Below, piece after piece: positions 36,117 to 47,909 of a stretch of 64,000 nucleotides of DNA. The notes under the pieces were generated by a model. That model saw only the letters and a program-made list of their open reading frames with translations. It had not been told where the DNA came from and did not search any database. How positions within the stretch are numbered: the stretch's first letter is position 1; every line of letters starts with the position of its first letter. Made by a program: the position numbers and the translations under genes. The DNA is from Chiloscyllium plagiosum (lineage: Eukaryota): positions 1,347,212 to 1,411,211 of the forward strand of contig NC_057759.1 in NCBI RefSeq assembly GCF_004010195.1, in the 5' to 3' direction.

Positions 36117-37578
36117 CTCGCTAATTGGAATTGTCCCTTTACTCCCATAATTTCTAAACGTGTCACAAAGCACAGACAATCTTTCTCTGCTTAAAAGCTG
36201 TGACCTCAAGGCTGAAATTTCTCGTTGGTACTTGGAAATTTCAGCATTCAGCTCTTGTTGCTCTAGCTGTGCATGATGCAATGCGCTAACTGCTGCCTGG
36301 ACATCATTGTTTTTGTTCATCCTTATTAATTTCTGACTGCTGAACCTGTCTCTGTGCGTTCTCTGCCTTCCTTAACTAAAGTTTGATAAGGAACTATCAA
36401 ACTATCGTATACTTATTGCCCATCTGTTCTGAAGAAGACACACACACCGTGCCAGGATATCGGGTAATGATGACAGTATGACGTTTAGATCTGTCGTTGT
36501 GGTGTTATCAATAAGGATCCAGATGTTCCAGGTCTCAATACTCATTCAGTTTTGTGGGAGATTAGGGTGGCAGATGCCTTTGTTTGCTTTGGTTTTCAAA
36601 ACAACAAGCACACAGTCGCAACATTCTGAGGTCTTGAACAACTAGCAAGACAATTCGAAATGATTTGAGACCAGTTTCAGTTTTATAAATCTGCTGGGTT
36701 TGTTTGATCAATGACGAGGTGGAGAGTGTGTCTATTGTTTGAAATTTTTGCGGGGTTGGATAGAAAAGCCTGTGAGGAGGCTGTCCAAAAGGTTCTTTTG
36801 TTTCTGAAATGCCATCTTGTGAACACAGAGATTAACTTGGTTCTTCTGGATGAGTGTCTCTTAGATCTTCTGAATATCACTTTTTTCTGAGCGTGCTTTG
36901 TCTGCCAAGACCAGAAGAGGAACTGCTCTTTTTTGGCATTGCACCTAAGGTCCAAATCATAGAAAATTTCATGCATGATCTGTTCATTCTCGCTCCACTG
37001 ACAAAAGCCCCTTGGATGAAATATTTATTCCAGTTGACAACCTCAATAAGTTATTTTTCATGATAGACCATTAATGCATTTTATAGAGAAGCCCTGTTGG
37101 AAGATCTTGTTATTTAAAATAGACACAGAATAGATTCATCATCTGAACAACTGAGCAATTTATGTTTAATTCATGTTATTCCCTTTGCGTAGTTGTGTTT
37201 GTGCGACAGAACACTCCACCAGGCTCCCATGTATCACAAAATAGTCAGTTTTTTTTCCCCAATATTATGGTAGTTTAAAGAATTCCCCAATATTTTCCAA
37301 CTTCAGAATGTTGCATGTGGAGTAGTCCCTCTGCTCTTTCAAATAGGGCAGAATATTTCAAAACGTTGAAATTCTTCCTCTGTCGAAGGAAGATTGAAAA
37401 ATTATAGCCATGTCCACCAGTTCTCCCACCAGTGACCGTCATTCTTCCCATCCAATTCGGATTGATATTCAGGCTCATTGTGATGTTGAATGGGATTAAC
37501 TGAACTATTTGTTCAGTGACTGTGATTAATGCCAGTCTCCGTGGATCATTCTTATGGCACTGCAGAACTTCCCTCTTC

Positions 37579-37586
37579 TATTAAAA
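37579..37586 (+). promoter_or_regulatory. Candidate TATA-like box of the GPCR gene
   Basis: TATTAAAA starting 43 nt upstream of ATG 37622; positional argument only. Confidence 0.35.
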
Positions 37587-37621
37587 GGGAAAGCGAGAAC
37601 AATTCCCCAATTGTTCCAACA

Positions 37622-37799
37622 ATGAATCGTAAGGTGAGAACAATAGACTGGAATGTTATGATCATGAACAAAACTTTATCGCAGGGTCTTCATTATCTTT
37701 CATTTTATAAAAGGCTGACATTAACAATGCGGATACAAGCAATTCTTTATGTAATTCAGGCAGCTTACTATCCCGTCCTGGTTTTTGTCGGGATCCCTG
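37622..37799 (+). CDS. GPR139-like: GPR139-like class A GPCR, coding exon 1 (N-terminus and first half of TM1)
   Basis: ORF MNRKVRTIDWNVMIMNKT...IQAAYYPVLVFVGIP ends at a canonical donor CCTG|GTAAGT (intron starts 37800, phase 1). Start is uncertain: in-frame ATGs at 37529, 37622 and later; 37622 is preferred because of a TATA-like box about 40 nt upstream. Confidence 0.85.
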
Positions 37800-40700
37800 G
37801 TAAGTCTTTGATTTCATTTACTCATTCTATAGAGAATGTTTAACTTCATTATTGTTCTTCCCGTTCAAGTCTTATGTTCAATCTAAAGATTTGGCTTCTA
37901 TCACAGTTAAAATCTATGCTCCTTGTCCACAAATTGAAGTTCCTCCTACCTTTGCATCTGAAATCACATAATGCTCTATGTCTCTGATTCCTTGCTGATT
38001 TCAATATATATGCTTATCCACCGGAGCTAGACAAATCGTGTTCATATATAAACGCCGATCTATTACATCTCTAATCTTAGAATTCTGCCTAATGTCACTG
38101 TCATTAGATCATCTATCGCTGAAATGTTCTCAGTGCTGGTGCTAGCCTATTCTGTTTGTAAAGCGAGACCCAATACTTCCAATGTGGTGTCGGCCATTCT
38201 TCACATGCCCCCTCATAAACCAGAGCCTCTGCAAAATTCTGTTCACTTTATCACAAATTTCGTTTACCCATTATTACGATACTCACCGTTTTACAATGAT
38301 TCTCGCAATAATTCTGGTTTAATGTATTCAACTATCATATATCCCTCAAAATTATAAGTGTTCTAAGGACTTGCATAATTCTGGACCAAAAGGACATCTG
38401 TCCTTCTGCGTTTTATTGCATTTGGATATTAATTGTTTCAGTGTTTGTGCTTTGTCTTGAATGTGAAGTAAATATGTCAAATGCTCCTGACCTCTGGCTG
38501 TGAACTTTATCCTGAAAGATAACGTATCCCCACCAACCACAACAATCTTCCTCTCTGCCAGATAACACTGTTTCTCCTGATTCCCTTTGACTCCCATTCT
38601 TCTCAGGCTTGATACCTTATTCGCTTAAATGCTGCCTTGAAGTCCATATTAGGGATTCTTCTCTCATCACTTCAGTTATATGGTTTTCAGATAGTTTAGT
38701 GATATCTGTAATTGATTTTGTTTCATAACGTTTTGGTGGCGTGAACATTGATAGCTAGACTACGATATATAGCTAATCTCGTAATGCCACGAGAACATAC
38801 GGATTGCAGTGAGAGAAGAACGTTTTAATGTTCCTGAATGCTGTTGGAGCTGCAGTCCCTCTCGCCAGCAGAAACTATTCCATCACACTACCAACTTGCA
38901 TCTTGCAGATGGTGGACCGTCATAGGAGGATTAGAAGGTGAAGCAATCCTCATGGATTTTTAGAATCTGAACTGTGATTGTCACCGCTGTATGATGTCTA
39001 GTAAAGTTCAATTTCTGGCCAATGGGAACCCCCAGAAGTTTGATAATCCGGCATTCAGCAATGGTTAACCTTGGGACGGGAAGTTCACTCTTGTTACAGA
39101 TTGTCGTTACGTGACGGTTGTGTGTACTGACAGTTATTTGCCTCTTACCAGCTCAGATTTGAATGCTTTCGCGGCTTTGCAGCATATGGACACACATTAG
39201 AAAAGTCTTCACTCACCACTTACGATTCATGCATTTTGTAAGTATAGACTTACCGACAGGACATGACAGGTATTGATCACATAAAATCTTTGGCCTGATC
39301 ACGTCTCTAATTTTTAATGCTTCCTATTACCAATTTCATCAAATCACCCATCTCCAAATCTTTCTCAATGTAACTGATAACATATTCCATTAGTAAACCC
39401 AGAATGAAGGCTTCCAATGTTGTCTCAGCCATTCTCTACTTTGCATTCCCATAAAACTATTTCGGTATCTGAGGATCTGTGAGTGGTGCAGAACTTTGTG
39501 CAACCATCACTGAATATTCCTCCACTGCTGTGCCCAGTGCACAAACCTATGATTTCATACAATGCTGTCCATTAGTTCATTTGGCTGACCTTCAACAAGT
39601 GCAAAAATCTTTCTACATGCGAGGTATGATTCCAGTCATGGCAGACTTTTTCAGAGATTCCTATTAATAATGTCAAGAGCCAAGTTGCCTTGGTAAATCA
39701 TAAACAGAGTGACTGAATGTGTTATTGCTGAAGAAGAGCCACTTGATCACACTGTCGACCTCCATTCTATTGTTTTACTCATGACTAAATGTAAACTGAT
39801 GTGAGGGAAATTGTCCAAGTTAGAGTTATTCTCAGCTTTGAAGAGAGGACATATAGGGAGATTTCAAATATTATAAGGTAGATTGCAGTGTACTAACTAC
39901 GCCGAAGAAGATTGGCATGTGCATGCCTACTGTCAAATACTAAAACTTGAATATGTTTGCTACAACGTTGTCGGGTCCCAGAGTAAGCAATACCTGCAGT
40001 ATTTCGTTGATATCTTGTGTAGTGAATTAAATTATTTCAAGACTGGCATCTGTAATACCAGGAAAAGACCGAAATAGATCACCAACTAGGCACTTTTCTT
40101 GAATTCTTTTCTATTATTGCGCTGTCCTTTGTACTAATTTTCAGAGTTCATTCTTCATTGACCATTTGATGATTTGCTGATAAGGGTTCAAATACCCGCA
40201 TTTATACTCAACACACATATCTGTATTCTCCAAGACTGCAGAGTTTCTATTAATTCTATTGCTTTTGCAATCTTTTTGGTTTATGTTATTTGTCCATTCC
40301 ACTCATTTTCATCCAAATATGTGTACGTTTTAGATCCACGAATTTACTAGCTCATTGTTCGACAAGCCGGGTGGACTTGGCCTGCTCCTGCACATTTAAT
40401 TGAATCTGGCTCAGTCCTTGTCTTCATGCTAAATTTAATGTGGAGTATATGCCAAATGATGAAGCAAATATTGCAGTGGATTATCACTTTGCTGATGTTG
40501 ATGGTTCAGAGCGCATCGTGAAAGTCCAGGTTTTAATTGATTTATCTGTTTGAAGTTTGTCCCATTTCGCACAGTGATGTTGCTACATAACACAATGCAG
40601 GGCTTTTATCAGTGTAATGACTTCATCTTCGCAAGGAACGTGTTGTATTCACTGCTACAGGTCCTATCGTGGTGCCATGCTTTTGCAACAGGTCGATTGG

Positions 40701-41889
40701 TGGGAACGAGTTCAAGTAGATTTTTCTACCTTTTTGTTTCCCTCACCACGTCCTGCAGCATCAATTGAGCAGCCATGTGTGCTAGAGTTCGTCCAGTTCA
40801 GTCAGTAGTAGTCTATTGGACATTGACGTGATGGTCGTTGAAGTATCACATCTGGAAAGAACTCTCTACACGTTAGTACATTTTTGCAAAAACTTTGCAG
40901 AGAATTGGGACGATAAAGTCGAATGTGCTGAGTACTAGATATGAGACAGAAAGCAGTGTGTGCAGTGTGAGAGAGAGAGAGACAGAGGGAGTGGGACAGG
41001 GAGATGATATATGCGCTCCTAGTCTCCCTAAGTGACAAATATTGTTTACTTGAGGAATTCCAGCTCAGAGTTGACGAGCTGGAGTCTGATTTTCAAATGC
41101 TGCAACACATCAGAGAGCCGGAGAGTAATCTGGATGCTATGTTCTGGAGGTTAAGAACATAAAATATGGCAAATTATGATGAACAGGATGTTGTGTCGAG
41201 AAGTAAGGCAGATGGACTGGATCATATTGATTGAATAATGGCATCTGTGATTCTGTGCACATCAGGATGGGGTTGAGGTGAATCACCGACTGGACATTTC
41301 CAGCTGAAGATAGTGTAAATATTTCAACTTTGTACTTTCAAGTGATGCACTGAGTTCTCCCATTCTTGAAAGCATTTTTGAAACATCCACCTCTAGTGAG
41401 TTGTTTCATAGCACATTCCCATTCACGATTGGGTGTCAGGCACTGAAAATTAAATAGAAAGTTCTGAAGAACCACCAACAGATCTGGCAGTACCTGTGGA
41501 AACGGAGAAAGGAAATGGCTTTTTTTGAATTCAGTGTGACTTTCTTCAGGACTGAAATTGATGTGAAGTAAGTTTTGTAATCTGGACAAAATTGGTGGAG
41601 GGATGCTGGGAGCAGAGATATGGAGGCCCGGTGGATAATAGTATTTGATCGACTACATAGGAGGTCTTGTCAGACAGATGGGTGCTTTTGAATAAAGATG
41701 ATCTCAGTTGGTTGAATGGCTGATTTACAACGTAGATGATGCCAACAGTAGTGGCTCAATCGTGCACTGACTGACTTTGCTACGAAGGTTCCTCTGTTTC
41801 CACATCTCACCTTGCGACAGCTGTGAAGACTCTCATTTTAAGTCCGCACATACGAGCCGTTATTATACTGTCCTGTTCTTTATTCTTTG

Positions 41890-42700
41890 AATGGCTTAAT
41901 CGGGGCTTTTGACAGACTGGACAAAGGCCTTTGACAGATTTGATCGGGGGATTCCTGATTATGCATATATGTTTGGCAGATCAAATCAGGCCTTTGTCAC
42001 TTTGATAAACTAGTTGGAATCTTTCGTCAGACCACAAAGTGCCTTGGTTAGACCGGATAGGAGGAGCTAATAGGAACATTTGACAAATGTGTTGGGGCAT
42101 TTGTCGGACATTCTGGGTCTTTTGACATACCGGATAGGAGACTTTGTCAAGGCGAACTGGGTTATGACTGTGCAGACAGAGAACATTTATAGATGTGTTG
42201 GTTCCTTGCAGAGTCAGGTTTGGGCCCTCCAACAGACCACATAGAAGCATTTTTTTTCTGAATGGCATAGCAGTTCTGAACAACATGGATGGGGGGCATT
42301 GATATAACATGCAAGGTACTTGACTGGATTCAATTGGGGCCTTTGTCAGAGCATGCAGAACTATTGGTTGACGGAGTGAGGCTACTGTTGATGCATCAGG
42401 CTGGACAGTGGTCTTGGATGGAGCAGATGGTGACATTTTACGAAGGAATTGAGGCCTTCTAAAGACCATGTAAGAGCCATTGACAGATCGGATATGCACT
42501 TTTGTCAGAGTGGATAGGGGCCATTCATGGCCTTTCTCGCTGGATCATTGCCTTTACTGAGAGTATATGGACATTTGTCAGGTTGGATCAGTCATTTGAA
42601 AAAGCAGATAGCCTATTTCATAGCCACTTCGGGGCCTTTATCGGATAGAAAAGGAACTTTGTCAGGTCGCAAAAGGTCCTTTGGCAGTCCAGACTAAATG
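41890..42700. repeat. Degenerate ~21-22 bp minisatellite
   Basis: Recurring GGCCTTTG(T/A)CAGACTGGATAG-like units. Confidence 0.7.
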
Positions 42701-44840
42701 GACAGGATGAGGGTGGGGTGGGGCCTATTGCTCATGAAGCAGGATGAAAGTGGGGAATGAAACCTGCTGTATAAGGAATGGGATGGGATTTGGGACACAA
42801 CCTGTTGCTAGGGAAACAGGTTGGGAATGAGAGAGGAATATGTTGCTTGGGTAAGAAAATTGGAATGTGAATTGCAGTTGATGCTGATGGAATGCATCGG
42901 GTGTGGATCGGAGACAGTTGCTTGTGGAACAAAATAGGAGTACGACAGTAGTAAGGAGCGGATTTGGGGCCTGTTCTTAATAGAAATGGATATACGTGAT
43001 GCTGATGCGTGTTGCTAACAAAGCAGGATGAGAAAGAGGGTGGATGATATTGCTCATGGAGAAGTATGGGATTTGGGATGGACCCTGTTACTAATGGAAC
43101 AGGGTAGGAGTGGGGAATGCACCTTGTGTTCGATGCAATAAAAAAGTAGTGGCACTGGAGACTGTTGTCAATGTTGCTATGAGAACGCACCCTTTTGCCA
43201 GGAAACAGGATGGGAATCAGAATGGAGTCTGCTGATGGGTGAACAGGATTGGAGAAGGAAGAAATCCTTTTGCAAATGGAGTAGGACAGGAATGGAGGAA
43301 GAGCCTGTTACTAGAGAACCTAATGGTCGGCAATTGGGCCTGTTGCTGGGGCAACTGGATAGAGTGGGCATGAAAACTGATATTATTTGAACAGAATTTG
43401 AACAGAATTATTTGAACAGAGTTAGGATTGGTTAGTTAGTAAAGTAACTGTATGAGAAGGTTTGGAGCTTGTTGCTCAAAGTAAAATAAGGTATGGTTTC
43501 GGATCCGTTGCTAATGCAGCAGGACGAAATTGGGAGTGGAGCCTTTTGCTTCCAAAGCAAGATGACAGTGGAGTTGGAATATGTTGCTCGGGGTACACAA
43601 TGTGATTGGGGATGGAGGCTGTTGCTGTTAGAATAGAATGGAAATGGTGTAAGATCCTGTTGCGAGGAGAGCAGGTTAGAAGTCGGATTGGAAAGGGGTT
43701 TTAGGAAATAAAGAAAGGAATGAAGTGGATCGTGTTGCTAACAGAACACAATAGGTGATGTGATGGAGCCTGTTACTGATGAAACAGGATGGAAGTTGAA
43801 GCAAATATCGTTGGTCGCAGAACAAGATGAGTGTGGGAATCACGGCTGTTGATAATGGAAACGAATGGGACCGGGGCTGAATCCTCTTGTTAGGGAGCAG
43901 AATGGGAGTTGGAATTAAGCCTGTTACCAGGATGACATAATGGGAGTGGCTGTGGACCCATTGTTAACAAACAAGATGGGAGTTAGAATGGATGCCTTTT
44001 ATGAGGGGCACAGGAATATATTCAGGATTGAGTCTGTAGCTGATGGAACGGGAAGGGTATAGGTTTGAAGTCTGTTGTGGAATCAATGCAACGGCAAGAA
44101 GTCTGTTGCCCGGAGTTCAGGATAGTTGTGGAAGTAGGGTATTTTGCTAATGAAACCGGATGGCAGTAAAGTTGGGTACTGTTGCCAGAGATGCAGACAC
44201 GGAGTTGGATTTTTGTCTATCTCTAGGATAACAGAATGATAATGAAGTACTTAACTATTGGGGCTCAAATGAAGTGGGGTGACGGCTATTGTTAATGGAA
44301 CAGGATGGAGTGAGGGTGACACTTGTTGTTAGTGTAACAATTTTGGGGTGTGACAGGTTCTTGTTGTTCGTGGAAGAGGATGGCAGAGTCTGATGGAGAC
44401 TGTTGTTTGGTAACATGTTTTCGAGTGCTGATGGATGTTGTTGTAAGGGAAGCAACATGCCAATGGGGTTGCAATGGGAAAAGGGCAAAGGTTGGGCTGA
44501 AACTTGTTTTTGGGGAATGAATGGAGAATGCTGACGGAAGAATTTGTTAATGGAATTAGGGAAGTGGTAATGAATTTATTGTGAGGGGAAGTGAATGGGT
44601 GTGGGGTTGGACTCTGTTGTAAGGTGAACAGGAAGGGACTCGTGATGGAGCATAACAAGAGAATGCTCAGGAAGTGAGGATGGAGCCTGTTGCTAATGGA
44701 ACAGAATTATAGTGGGAATGGGGCATTTTTCTTAGGTGAAAACAATGTGATTATGGATGGTGACTGTTGCTGAGAGAAAGGATGAGAGAGTGGTTAGAGA
44801 ATTTCGCTTGGGAAGTCGGATGGGAGCAGAGTGGGAACAT
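42700..44840. repeat. Degenerate ~37-38 bp G-rich minisatellite
   Basis: Approximate consensus GCCTGTTGCTAATGGAACAGGATGGGAGTGGGGATGGA. Confidence 0.85.
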
Positions 44841-46611
44841 ATTATTATTTCTCCTCGTCTTCATGTGTTCCATACTGTTACGATTAAGACAGCTACTCCT
44901 GGTCATAGCTAACAGTATCCTGGGCCCGAATGGTGGCTAGATTTGCCTGTGTACCAGTACTGCGCAGTTGTATGGCTTCCTTATGTTCTTGGAATCAGGT
45001 ATAAGCTTATAAATAACTTGCCACTGTTTTTGTAAAAACGGCTGGAATGGGTTTTACTATTTTTTTTTATCTCTTCACATGACTTTTTTTTCTTAAGGGC
45101 TGTATGATCTCTTCGTTTTCCTCTGGAACTGGACTAACAGGCTGATTAACTTCATGTTGTTCCAGTGGAATAGTTTTAAGAGGCTGAATGATCCCCTTCG
45201 GTTGCTGTGTAAAGGTTTACTATTCTCAGTAAGCATTATCTGTTCCTGTGAAGCAGAATCAATGGGTTGAATGAGCCCCCTCTCTGCATTAGAAACTGTG
45301 TAGAAAAGATGAATGGGTACGTTATAAAATTTAGTTAGTCTAAATGACTACCACCTCTTCCACTCTATCAGGCTTGAGAGGCTGAATGACCTCCTCCTGT
45401 TCCTCCATAGTAGGATGGAGAGGCAGAATGAACTCAACCTGTCCTTTTGTGATATACACGAGTGGCTGAACGCTCTCCTTATGACGCCCTGTAAGAAGCC
45501 AAAAGGCCGAATGACCTACTCTTGTTCCTCTGTAACAGACTGGAGTAACTGAATGACCTTCACATGTTCCCTTTTAATGGACTCGAAAGGCTGAATGACC
45601 TCTTCCTCCATTTCTGTAAGAGACATGACAGGCTGAATTACTTCCTCCAGTTTCCCTATAACAGACATGACAGCCTTATAAACTTTCACTTCTTCCTATG
45701 TAACAGTCTTGACAGACTGAATTATCTCATCCTTATCCATGTAAAAGTCTCAACAAGCTGAATGGCCTTCTCTTGCGCCTGTATCAAAAACCCAAGACGG
45801 TAAATGGCGTCTTCATGTTCTGCTGTTACAGACACAAGAATGGCCTAATCCTGTTCTCCCGTGACAGACTCGAATGGCTGAATGCCTTTCCACATTCCCC
45901 CTAAATAGTCAGGACAGGCTGAATGACCTATTCCTGTTCGTCAGTAAAAAGCACGAGAATCTGAATGACTTCCTCATGTTCTCCTGTAGCAGACTCAACA
46001 AGCTGCATAACCCACTTTATTCCCCGTAACAGACTCAAGAGACAGAATGACTTCCTTGCTTCCCCTTGTAACAGACTCAACATACTGCACGACAAGTCCT
46101 GTTCCTGTGTAACAGATCCAAGAGGCTGAATGACCTCTCCCTGTTTCTCTATAACAGTCTGAAGAGCAGGAATGATCTCCTCTTTCCCCATATTTGATTT
46201 CAAAGATTGGATTACGCCCGCCTGTTCCCATGGAACAGACTCATGAAGCTGAAAGCCTTCTGTTCCTCTGTTGCAGACTCGTGAGGCTGAATGGCCTCTT
46301 CCTGTTCCTTTGCAACACGATCGAGCGGCTGAATAATCTCGTTTTGTAACAGCCTGGAGAATAGGAATGATCTCATCCTGTCCCTCTGTATGAGAGGGGA
46401 AAGGGTAAATGACATCCTGCTGAAGCAATGTAAGGCACTGAGAAGCTGAATGGCCTCCTGATATGTCTCTGTAATTGACCCGAAGGGTGAATGATATCTT
46501 CATAATCGTTTGTTACAGAAACGGATGGCTCAATGATTTCCTTCTGTTCCCCTGTAAAATACTCAGGCTGAAAGACCAACTCTGTTCGTGTCTAACAGCT
46601 TTTGTTCAGAG

Positions 46612-46901
46612 TAGATTAGATTAGTTTCCCTACAGTGTGGAAACCAGTCCGCACCGACCCTCCAAAGTGTAACCCACCCACGCCCATCTTCGTCTGATTA
46701 ATGCACCTAACACTATGGCAATTTAACATGGCCAATTCACCTGACCTGCATATCTTTAGACTGTGGGAGGAAACCGGAGCAAACCCACGCAGACACGGGG
46801 AGAATGTGCAAACTCCATAGAGACAGTTGCCCAAGGTTGGAATTGAACCCAGGACCTTGGTCCTATGTGGCGGCAGTGCTAACCACTGAGCCACCGTGCC
46901 A
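46612..46901 (-). mobile_element. tRNA-derived SINE inserted in the minisatellite
   Basis: Minus strand GGCACGGTGGCTCAGTGGTTAGCACTG...GGGTTCAATTCC; AATCT tail. Confidence 0.9.
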
Positions 46902-47074
46902 CCTTTGTGCCAGCTTTGTAGGTCAAAATGACCCCTTGCTTTGAAAGTGGCTCCAGAGGCTGAATGACTTCCTTCTGTTCCCCTATAACAGACTCGCTTC
47001 TTGAAAGGCCTCATCCTGTTCAGACGGAACTGGCTTGAGAGGCTGAATAACCTTTTCCAGTTAAAACAAAGAAG

Positions 47075-47400
47075 ACGAAAAAAATTGCAGATGTTAGAAA
47101 TCAGAAACATAATAGGTGTTCCTGGAAACCCTCAACAGGTCTGGCAGCAACTCTGGGGAGAACTAAAAACAAAACATTCTGGATATTACACCGGGTCAGG
47201 CAGAATCCATGGAGAGAAAGCAGGGCTAACGTTCCGAGTCATTATGACTCTTCTTCACAGCTGACGTGAAATATGGAGAGGGCAGCATTTAATCAGCGTT
47301 AACATTTCCCGTCCACTGAGGTCACTGGACCTGAAATGTTAACTCTGTTAGACCTGATACATTATTTCAGCAATTTTGTTTGTTTCTCATATTCTCCAGT
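47075..47400. mobile_element. Penelope-type termini, partly inverted
   Basis: TTGCAGATGTTAGAAATCAGAAAC...; degenerate hammerhead-like cores at ~47228-47262 (-) and ~47315-47346 (+). Confidence 0.55.
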
Positions 47401-47909
47401 TCATATTTAACAGGATCGTGAGGTTGAATACCCTCATTGTGTCCATCTATAACAAACTCAACATGCTGAATGATCTTCTGCTGTTAGTCACTTACAGACA
47501 CGCGAGGCTGAATGTCTTCCACCTGTTCCTCTGTAATAGGGCCAACAGGCTCAGTGACTTTCTCTTTTGCTGTATTCAATTGCAATACCGTTATATCTAA
47601 CTTAATCCACGCATTTTCTAACTCAATCCACTCCATTTCAAACTGCAGGATGGAATGTATTTGCTAAGGTCACTGGTCCCTCGGGTTTCAATCACCTTAA
47701 GTCCCTAATTACGTCTGTCTCATTACAAATATAGAAGTGGCTGTTGGCAAGTACGCTCGACCCAAACTGCTTTGAAAACAATCTCATGGAGATTTCACGG
47801 ATTCATTTTTCTTGGGATCCGCAACCAGCCGATGTTTTTTCCAGCACACTTGCATATTGAAATCCGCAACGATTATTACGGTTATGTCTTTCTCAGACGC
47901 CATTTCTTT

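Larger units (their letters stand above)
45095..47570. repeat. Degenerate 42-bp minisatellite derived from the CR1/SINE 3' tail, interrupted by two insertions
   Basis: Approximate consensus AACAGACTCGAGAGGCTGAATGACCTCCTCCTGTTCCTCTGT; 42-nt period (45376 to 45418). Confidence 0.88.

Noticed and set aside
45928..46503. 191-aa ORF, and ORFs 41981-42499, 42732-43190 and 44329-44658
   Set aside because: By-products of minisatellite periodicity (42 bp = 14 codons); no domain or splice support.
42700..47570. CRISPR-like array of palindromic 37-42 bp repeats
   Set aside because: Units are contiguous and degenerate with no unique spacers, no cas genes, and the context is vertebrate.
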